From IMG/VR virus record IMGVR_UViG_3300032322_002004: a DNA stretch of 32,106 nt. One strand, written 5' to 3'. Source of the stretch: an uncultured virus (IMG/VR IMGVR_UViG_3300032322_002004). Taxonomy: Duplodnaviria; Heunggongvirae; Uroviricota; Caudoviricetes. Positions within the stretch are counted from its first letter, which is position 1, and each line of letters opens with the position of its first letter. Below the pieces are notes generated by a model. The model was not told the DNA's origin and searched no databases. It worked only from the letters and a program-made list of their open reading frames with translations. The position numbers were made by a program, and so were the translations under genes. Positions 26,014 through 32,106 of this stretch are shown here, piece by piece.

Positions 26014-26068
26014 CTCTCTTATATATATATTCCCTTGAAAAGAATGGGGTGGGAGGGCCAACACAAAC
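26014..26068. repeat. Inter-cassette structured element, copy 7
   Basis: CTCTCT...TTCCC TT GAA AAGAA TGG GGTGGGAGGG CCA ACACAAAC. Confidence 0.85.
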
Positions 26069-26093
26069 ATTCTCGGCGCGGCCGGGCAAGGCG

Positions 26094-26117
26094 AAACCCC
26101 CGGCTGATCACCGGGGG
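26094..26117 (-). terminator. Terminator-like hairpin
   Basis: CCCCCGG-loop-CCGGGGG followed by TTT on -. Confidence 0.7.
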
Positions 26118-26137
26118 CTCCGTTCTTAGTTAGGGGA

Positions 26138-26287
26138 CTAAGCTTTGACCTTTTCTATGTATCGACTGATCTCGTAGTAAGCGCGGGCACATCTGTGGCA
26201 GAACTTCTCTGTCACTCCGATTCCATACATAAGGGCGTCTACCCCTGAATAGACAACCTCATCGCTTTCGCAGATTAAGCATTTCAC
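26138..26287 (-). CDS. Small Zn-finger protein
   Basis: Not in ORF track. (M)KCLICES...FCHRCA...; GGAGG RBS. Confidence 0.65.
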   Translation of the reverse strand: MKCLICESDEVVYSGVDALMYGIGVTEKFCHRCARAYYEISRYIEKVKA

Positions 26288-26439
26288 TTGGCAACCTCCA
26301 GTGCTAGATACTCGACGCAGATTCTGATTGCGTCATCTGGTCCTGTGCAGTTGTCAATCTCTGACTCAAATCGAGCCGTGGTCTCTGAGTCGTTGCGGAA
26401 CTTCTCATAAACCTTTGCCATAAATAATCTTGGGTCCAT
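26284..26439 (-). CDS. Small hypothetical protein
   Basis: Not in ORF track. MDPRLFMAKV...LEVAK; GTGA overlap. Confidence 0.6.
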   Translation of the reverse strand: MDPRLFMAKVYEKFRNDSETTARFESEIDNCTGPDDAIRICVEYLALEVAK

Positions 26440-26441
26440 CT

Positions 26442-26597
26442 TTATTCCCTTTCCCATTTGATTAGGTCACAAGAGCGACCATCGACTGTTTGCTTGCAGT
26501 TTCCATATACTGGATTGTAGAAGGCGTGGAGCACCAATACTCCGAGGAGTAGGAGCGCCCCGAGGAGCGCCCCTACCTTGTCGAGAGTGTTAAGCAC
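26442..26597 (-). CDS. Small membrane protein
   Basis: VGALLGALLLLGVLVLHAFY hydrophobic helix; GTG start overlapping the upstream stop. Confidence 0.6.
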   Translation of the reverse strand: MLNTLDKVGALLGALLLLGVLVLHAFYNPVYGNCKQTVDGRSCDLIKWERE

Positions 26598-26952
26598 TGA
26601 CCGCGACCTTGGTGCGTCGGGTGTAGGTATCGATACCGAGTTGGTATAGATGGTTGACGAACTTCGTCTTGGTGTAGCGGTTGGCATTGGTGTGCAGACC
26701 GATACGGCGTTGGATGTCGGCTGGTGTGTAGAAGTAATCGCTACCAGCGATGTCGCTTGTGTAAACGAGAGCGCCGTTGGCACCCTCGAGCATCTTGATG
26801 CGAGTGTAGAACTCGCCAGCGTTGGCGTCGGTAATTTCGTTCATACCGATAACCATAGTTGCGAAGACAAGGCCCTGAGTCTTGACAGACTCGGTGCCGC
26901 TGTTGATTTCACTGAAGTCTATGACTCGAGTGATATCCCACGTAAGTGGCAT
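26590..26952 (-). CDS. Hypothetical protein
   Basis: MPLTWDITRV...IGMNEIT..N..EFY.R...RRIGL.TNA; TTAGGGGA RBS. Confidence 0.75.
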   Translation of the reverse strand: MPLTWDITRVIDFSEINSGTESVKTQGLVFATMVIGMNEITDANAGEFYTRIKMLEGANGALVYTSDIAGSDYFYTPADIQRRIGLHTNANRYTKTKFVNHLYQLGIDTYTRRTKVAVSA

Positions 26953-27020
26953 TTTATCCCCTAACGGACAGTGCCAGCGGTGTTGCTGACAAGACATATA
27001 AAACACTATCCGTTGAGCGT

Positions 27021-27065
27021 AGTCAATGCGACACGCCGTGCGCTTCATAACAATTTGATAACAAT
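27021..27065 (-). promoter_or_regulatory. Cassette promoter region with TTGACT, GACAC box and MtrA-like repeat
   Basis: CGACACGCCG 27029-27038; ATAACAAT-ttg-ATAACAAT 27047-27065. Confidence 0.65.
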
Positions 27066-27171
27066 ACCCCCCTAGGGGTTAAATGTCGACAATTTTGAGA
27101 TAGCCACCAGGGAACCCGAACAGGTGATGCTGAATTTGCTAGGCAGTAGCCCAGTTTGCTAGGGTGCGGGA

Positions 27172-27573
27172 ATGGACAACGACAAAAAAACACGTGAAGA
27201 AATGTTAAATGAAGTACTAGCTCAGATTGAACGTAGATTTAAAACTTCTACTAAAACTGAAGTCCCAGATAAGCCGAGAGAAGTGCCGGTGCAATTGAGG
27301 TTCAAAAGATGCCCTGCTATTACCAGAGCAGGCAATCCATGCCCAATTGGCGGTGAAGATGAACGTGGCGGTTACTGTCATGTCCATGATCCGGAAGGTA
27401 CCTACCAGAAACAACAAAAGAACAAAAAGCCAGTTCAACTAAAGCCTGCAACCTTTGGTACCAAAGAAGACCGGATCCGTGTGCAGGTGGCGCGGGAAGC
27501 TATTGAATACCTACGTAAAAACCCAAATTGTCATCCAGAAGAGCTCATAGATCTAATTTTAGGAAATTGGTAG
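27172..27573 (+). CDS. Protein with C-x8-C...C-x2-H Zn finger
   Basis: RCPAITRAGNPC...YCHVH; probably leaderless (TAGGGT 6 nt upstream). Confidence 0.7.
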   Translation: MDNDKKTREEMLNEVLAQIERRFKTSTKTEVPDKPREVPVQLRFKRCPAITRAGNPCPIGGEDERGGYCHVHDPEGTYQKQQKNKKPVQLKPATFGTKEDRIRVQVAREAIEYLRKNPNCHPEELIDLILGNW

Positions 27574-27595
27574 TAGCGTTTGCTACAATTAAGAC

Positions 27596-27739
27596 ATGAT
27601 CGCATTTGGACTAGAGCTGCGGAGAGCTCCTGAGCGTAAGCCTCAGGTAGTCGATGTTGCATGCAGTCATTGCGGTCGCCCTTACCAAGTCACAGAAGAT
27701 AACCTACGTGTAGGTAACTACTGCTCAAGCTGTAAGTAA
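27596..27739 (+). CDS. Small Zn-ribbon protein
   Basis: Not in ORF track. CSHC...CSSC; leaderless (TACAAT 6 nt before ATG). Confidence 0.65.
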   Translation: MIAFGLELRRAPERKPQVVDVACSHCGRPYQVTEDNLRVGNYCSSCK

Positions 27740-27866
27740 CGTGTGCAAAAACTGCGGTAACTGTACAGCTGAACACGGCGGTAGGACAATTGATGATGCC
27801 GTAGATGAGATTTTAGATTCACCAGTTTAGGCAGTAGCCGGAAGCCGCGGTAGCCATACTACCTCC

Positions 27867-28094
27867 ATGAGATACACAGTTTGGCTATGGGATCAGATGG
27901 ACGAAGATAGCCCTATTGGCAGATTTGCCAAGCTTTGCTATGACGACGTAAATAATGGCTGCGCTAATCCAAAGTTTTCAGCCGGTGAGTGGATCTCACA
28001 TTTTGAACAAAATCATCGCGATAACAAAGAGGAGCTTATTTCCAGGTTCTTTACAACATTCATTGTGTATAACAAGTCTAACAAGGCTGAATGA
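27867..28094 (+). CDS. YozE-like (SAM-like) protein
   Basis: WL.DQ.DEDSPIGRFA...DD pattern; leaderless (CATACT 6 nt upstream). Confidence 0.55.
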   Translation: MRYTVWLWDQMDEDSPIGRFAKLCYDDVNNGCANPKFSAGEWISHFEQNHRDNKEELISRFFTTFIVYNKSNKAE

Positions 28095-28107
28095 GAGACA
28101 ATTGAAT

Positions 28108-28350
28108 ATGCCTAATAACAAACGCGGAGTTAGTGATCGGTCCGGAGATAAAAAGCGTGTCATCGATCTAGAAACATTTCGTAAGACAAAAGAAATTACC
28201 GGTAAAGGTATTCGCGTATCAGCTACAAAAGATAATCCAGAATTAACTAAGCACGAAGATGAAGCTATGGCACTTGGTAATGAAGGACGTAAAGGTCCTA
28301 AGTTAATTGCCGGTCCTGGTTGGATGGGTGAGAACGATGCCAAAAAGTGA
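28108..28350 (+). CDS. Hypothetical protein
   Basis: MPNNKRG... start chosen to avoid overlap. Confidence 0.6.
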   Translation: MPNNKRGVSDRSGDKKRVIDLETFRKTKEITGKGIRVSATKDNPELTKHEDEAMALGNEGRKGPKLIAGPGWMGENDAKK

Positions 28351-28600
28351 AGCATGGACACGCAAAGAAGGTCAGAACCCTGAAGGTGGATTAAATGCTA
28401 AAGGTCGTGCATCTTTAAAAGCTAAGGGACAGAATATCAAGCCACCTGTTTCTAAAGAACAAGCTAAGAAGTCTCCTAAGTCTGCTGCACGTCGCAAGAG
28501 TTATTGTGCACGATCAGCAGGACAAGCAAAGATGTTTCCTAAAGCTGCAAAAGATCCAGATAGCAGATTGAACAAAGCTCGTAGAAAGTGGGACTGCTAA
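28337..28600 (+). CDS. Basic phage protein (DUF6321-like)
   Basis: AWTRKEGQNPEGGLNAKGRAS...RRKSYCAR...DPDSRLNKARRKWDC. Confidence 0.75.
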   Translation: MPKSEAWTRKEGQNPEGGLNAKGRASLKAKGQNIKPPVSKEQAKKSPKSAARRKSYCARSAGQAKMFPKAAKDPDSRLNKARRKWDC

Positions 28601-29067
28601 TGCCAAAAGATAAAATTACTAAGGTGACAACTCCAAAGGCACCAAAGAACAAGACTACTCGTGTAGATAACTCCGAGTGGAAGGCATCCTCCCCACTTTC
28701 TGGATCCGGTCAATCTTGGTCTGAATGGGGCAAGAGCAACCCTAACCGGGAAGCAAACGCACAGTCCCGTAAGGCTGAATTTGCAAAAGAGCCTACAACT
28801 ATGACTCGTGCTAATACTCCACAGCGTGATGAGATGGTAGCTAAATGGAAAGCCGCACGTCCTGTTACCGGCAAAGGTGGAGCTAAGTCTGATGAAGATA
28901 AAGAAGCTAAGCGCCAGTCAATGATCTTTTGGGCTAAGAACAATCCTAACAAGGGCACTAATGCTGGACGCGCTATCCGCGAAGAGAAGGCAAAGAAAGC
29001 TCCCGCACCTCCACGTGCACCAAAGTCTAAGAAGGCTGCTGCACCAAAGCGAGGTAAGAAGAAGTGA
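28600..29067 (+). CDS. Lys/Ala-rich basic protein
   Basis: TAATG coupling. Confidence 0.7.
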   Translation: MPKDKITKVTTPKAPKNKTTRVDNSEWKASSPLSGSGQSWSEWGKSNPNREANAQSRKAEFAKEPTTMTRANTPQRDEMVAKWKAARPVTGKGGAKSDEDKEAKRQSMIFWAKNNPNKGTNAGRAIREEKAKKAPAPPRAPKSKKAAAPKRGKKK

Positions 29068-29285
29068 AAGATCAAGCTTGGGGAGATAGCAAGCAGACCC
29101 GTGCAGGATTAGGTGGAGTTACACCAAAAAATTCTCTGAAGGCTCCGCGTAGCAGAGTCAATGAATTTAGATATGTGCACACTGGGCAGTTTGATGGTCC
29201 AAAACCAACTTATGGAAGATACAATGTTTCCGAACAATCAGCTGATATTGTCAACAGACAAAAGCGCAATATGGATATGAGGTAG
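29064..29285 (+). CDS. Small hypothetical protein
   Basis: GTGA coupling. Confidence 0.6.
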   Translation: MKDQAWGDSKQTRAGLGGVTPKNSLKAPRSRVNEFRYVHTGQFDGPKPTYGRYNVSEQSADIVNRQKRNMDMR

Positions 29286-29287
29286 TT

Positions 29288-30454
29288 ATGCCACTCCCAC
29301 TAATACCAATAGCTATTGCTGCTGCTGGAACTGTTGCACGTGCCGCCGCCGGTGCTGCTGCAAAAGAAGTTGTTAAGAAAGCTGCACCTGTTGTTGCTAA
29401 AGAAGTTGTTAAAAAAGCTGACGACGTTGCTGCAAAAGTACTTCCACGTACTGCTGAGTTTGTAACTGGTAAAACATCATCATGGGATGATGCTTTTGCT
29501 GCTGCTAAAGCTGCACCTGCAAAACCTGCACCTGCGCCAGTAAAACCTGCACCATCAACACCTAAAGTTGATCCACTAAAGCCAGGAACACCTGCGCCAA
29601 AAATTGAACCATGGCAAAAGCCTGGGCCACAATTCCCAACTATTACTCTTCCTAAAACTGCACCGGCACCTAAGCCTGCGCCAGCTCCTGCTCCTAAGCC
29701 AGCACCTGCGCCAGCTCCTAAGCCAGCAACGCCTGCGCCAAAGATCACACCAAAACCAGCGCCAGCTCCACAACCTTACACAGCACCACGTCCATCAACT
29801 CCTGCAACAAAACCAGGAGATCTTCCAGGTGCACCGGGTTATCCAAAGGTAACACCTAAACCAGCACCGGCTAAACCAACACCATCTAAGCCTGCGCCAA
29901 AAATTGAACCAAAGACACCACCAAAGATTGAACCAAAAACTCCTGCTAAGCCAGAAACAAAACCAACTGTTCCTGGTAAAGAACCATTCTTTGATCCAAA
30001 GCCAGGTATTAAGCCAGGAGTTAAGCCAACTACAAAGCCAGAAACAAAACCAAGTACTAAGCCAGAGACAAAACCAGAAACAAAGCCAAGTACTAAACCT
30101 TCTACAAAACCTTCTACTAAGCCAGGAACAAAGCGTCCTGTTCGCACTGCGCCTGGACTACCTGGAACAGGTAAGCCTGGTACGGGTAAGCCTGGAAAAA
30201 CTAATCCTAAGACAGATAAGCCAAAGAAAGACAAGGTTAAGCGCGAAGCTCGTAAACCAAAAATTGATATTCCTCCAGTCTTTTTCCCAGAGCTAGAGCC
30301 TTTTGATCCACCAGTTACTCAGCCACAGCCTCAACCACAGCCAGTTCCATTTATTCCTCCTACAATTCTTGAAACAAAGAAAAAAACAGGAGGATTTATC
30401 CCTAAGAAGGGCCCAGAAGCCCCACCTTGGAACGCACCAAGTAGGGTTATCTAA
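29288..30454 (+). CDS. Pro/Lys/Thr-rich repetitive protein with hydrophobic N-terminus
   Basis: MPLPLIPIAIAAAG start; PAPAPK and TKP[ES] repeats. Confidence 0.8.
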   Translation: MPLPLIPIAIAAAGTVARAAAGAAAKEVVKKAAPVVAKEVVKKADDVAAKVLPRTAEFVTGKTSSWDDAFAAAKAAPAKPAPAPVKPAPSTPKVDPLKPGTPAPKIEPWQKPGPQFPTITLPKTAPAPKPAPAPAPKPAPAPAPKPATPAPKITPKPAPAPQPYTAPRPSTPATKPGDLPGAPGYPKVTPKPAPAKPTPSKPAPKIEPKTPPKIEPKTPAKPETKPTVPGKEPFFDPKPGIKPGVKPTTKPETKPSTKPETKPETKPSTKPSTKPSTKPGTKRPVRTAPGLPGTGKPGTGKPGKTNPKTDKPKKDKVKREARKPKIDIPPVFFPELEPFDPPVTQPQPQPQPVPFIPPTILETKKKTGGFIPKKGPEAPPWNAPSRVI

Positions 30455-30744
30455 TGGCAGAAGCAAAAAAGTTTGGTCCCTACAAAGGTTCCAAAGCGAA
30501 TGGAGGTCGCCCTATCTACGTCTACAAGAAAAAGGTAGACGGTAAGTGGGTCACAACATCGAAAAATAAAGCCCGTGCCGACTATGAGGGAAAAAACGGG
30601 AAGCTTCCTCGAGACACAGACGTGGATCACAAGGATAATAATCATAGTAACGATTCCTCAAAAAATCTCCGCGCCCTAAAGCACGGAAAGAACACAGCGA
30701 AAGAAAACAAACGCCGTGCAGGCAAAAAGGAGAATGAAAAATGA
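30454..30744 (+). CDS. Small HNH-motif protein
   Basis: DVDHKDNNHSNDSSKNLRAL...N. Confidence 0.75.
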   Translation: MAEAKKFGPYKGSKANGGRPIYVYKKKVDGKWVTTSKNKARADYEGKNGKLPRDTDVDHKDNNHSNDSSKNLRALKHGKNTAKENKRRAGKKENEK

Positions 30745-31511
30745 GATTAACAAGTAATCAAATTGATGGTGGCAGCGACCCATTTGTTGAGTCACCAAAG
30801 ATTAAAGTTTCACAAGCAACTGTAGATGCTGTTAAGAACGACGGCCGTGGAAACATGGGACAGGCTGCTGCAAACAAAGTTGCTTATGGTGCTCCGGGTT
30901 ATAGCGGAAGTACTTTTTCACCTAACGCTCCAGTATCAGCAGAGTACAAAGAAGCAACAAAGCGTGTTTATCCAAATGCAAAAGCCACATCACCTGCTGC
31001 ATCATCTGGTGCAACTAACCCTAAGCAATCAGGACCTGACGCAGCAAGAGCTGCCGCAGCAACTCCTAAAGCATCAGCTCCTAAGAATTACGGTGGAGCA
31101 GCAGCAGAAAAGTATAAGTCAGAAAAAAATAAAGCAGCTCTCCCACCTATTCTACCTGGCGCACAGAACATGCCATTTAAGCCGGGAACTGGTGGTAAAG
31201 CAGAGAACATGCCGTTTAAGCCAGGCACTGGCGGTAAAGCAGAGAACATGCCGTTTAAGCCTATTCTTCCTCCTGTTACTCCAAAAGCAACACCAAAGGC
31301 ATCAGCACCATCAAAGGTTAAAGTTTCACAAGCTACAGTTGATGCTGTTAAGAAAGCTGGTAAAGAAAAGTCTATTGGAGCTACACAATACAAAGGTGTT
31401 AGCCCAGAGTACAAAGAAGCTGTAAGACGTGTTTATCAATCACCTGCAAAGCCAAAGCCAAAGGCAAAGTCCGGCGGCGGAGGCGGAAAAGCTTCAAGCG
31501 CAGTAAAATAA
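30741..31511 (+). CDS. Basic low-complexity protein with internal repeats
   Basis: KVSQATVDAVK...EYKEA..RVY twice; NMPFKP three times. Confidence 0.75.
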   Translation: MRLTSNQIDGGSDPFVESPKIKVSQATVDAVKNDGRGNMGQAAANKVAYGAPGYSGSTFSPNAPVSAEYKEATKRVYPNAKATSPAASSGATNPKQSGPDAARAAAATPKASAPKNYGGAAAEKYKSEKNKAALPPILPGAQNMPFKPGTGGKAENMPFKPGTGGKAENMPFKPILPPVTPKATPKASAPSKVKVSQATVDAVKKAGKEKSIGATQYKGVSPEYKEAVRRVYQSPAKPKPKAKSGGGGGKASSAVK

Positions 31512-31538
31512 ATCTAATTAACTACAGAGGAGCCGGGA

Positions 31539-31763
31539 ATGACAATAGTTCAAGAGCAGACCCCGGTGAGGGTAACCGATCACCCGGCTCTTCTGGCAGT
31601 TGATCGTTGCGATAAATGTAACGCAGCAGCTATGGTAGTTGCTAATTTTGTACATGGTGAATTAATGTTTTGCGGACATCACGCAATTGAACAAAAAATT
31701 AATTTAATGGCAAAATGTGTATCAATCTTTGACCCTAATAATCTTTTATTTCCTGTAAACTAA
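31539..31763 (+). CDS. Actinobacterial-type Zn-binding small protein
   Basis: DRCDKC.AAA.V...GELMFCGHH; GAGGAG RBS. Confidence 0.7.
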   Translation: MTIVQEQTPVRVTDHPALLAVDRCDKCNAAAMVVANFVHGELMFCGHHAIEQKINLMAKCVSIFDPNNLLFPVN

Positions 31764-31791
31764 AGGTAATAGTTTCAGGAGAGGAACTTAA

Positions 31792-32106
31792 ATAATCGCT
31801 CTGCGCCTATTCGCAGCATTATTCCTCGCACTAATCCTTTTTTTATTAGGTCAACAATCCGCTAACGCAGAAGACACTACGCCTACCACGGTGATAGTCA
31901 GTCCTACCACAACTTCCAGCGATCCCGCTCCAGTTGTTGTCGTGACAGCTCCTGTCCAAGAGACTTCGACTGCAACTGTTTCAACGTCGTCTCCAGCACC
32001 CGAATCTTCAACTTCAACGGCTCCGTCCCCTGAACCCAGCCCACAACCATCCCCGCAACAAAGCTCCCCAACATCAGGAACATCACAGTCATCTGAGACA
32101 CCGACA
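31792..32106 (+). CDS. Secreted Ser/Thr/Pro-rich protein (3' truncated; apparent non-canonical ATA start)
   Basis: Frame is open to the window end. LRLFAALFLALILFLLGQQSANA|EDTT signal peptide; AGGAGAGGA RBS. Confidence 0.65.
   Translation, partial: MIALRLFAALFLALILFLLGQQSANAEDTTPTTVIVSPTTTSSDPAPVVVVTAPVQETSTATVSTSSPAPESSTSTAPSPEPSPQPSPQQSSPTSGTSQSSETPT

Noticed and set aside
19975..26068. CRISPR array interpretation of the repeats (a Cas4-like gene is present)
   Set aside because: Intervening DNA is 0.7-1.2 kb of genes and the repeats are degenerate. Solo Cas4-like nucleases are common in phage replication modules, and no cas1/cas2 is seen.
19975..26068. Classical integron
   Set aside because: No tyrosine recombinase in the window, no RYYYAAC/GTTRRRY boxes, and the cassettes carry their own promoters.
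31904..32101. - strand 65 aa ORF
   Set aside because: It is opposite a longer + strand frame with RBS and signal peptide, in a + strand block.

Overview
A 32 kb piece of a tailed dsDNA phage genome, most likely infecting Actinobacteria (WhiB, DUF4192-like and FmdB-like genes, leaderless TANNNT promoters). It has three parts. (1) 1-17.5 kb, + strand: a replication, recombination and metabolism module with PolA (Leu762 type), RecA, two resolvases, WhiB, a Cas4-like nuclease, SpoVS, Hsp20, a metallophosphoesterase, a nucleotidyltransferase and a class II ribonucleotide reductase. (2) 17.6-27.1 kb, - strand: an early/accessory region of eight self-contained transcription cassettes (promoter, small genes including ArdC-like, terminator). 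(3) 27.2-32.1 kb, + strand: small basic or low-complexity proteins, an HNH protein and a truncated secreted Ser/Thr/Pro-rich protein. The most interesting signal is non-coding and lies in part 2. Seven copies of a structured ~55 bp element (CTCTCT-N10-13-CCC/hairpin, a covarying stem around GG[AT]GGG[ATC]GGG, then AACACAAAC) separate the cassettes every 0.7-1.2 kb. Promoters carry CGACACGCCG (WhiA-like GACAC) boxes, and three also carry MtrA-like direct repeats. Several leaders share a C-AACA(C/A)(C/G)-G hairpin. In most cassettes the first RBS is complementary, with compensatory changes, to the 3' end of the same transcript. A small covarying pseudoknot motif also occurs twice. All family assignments come from motif recognition by eye, not database searches.
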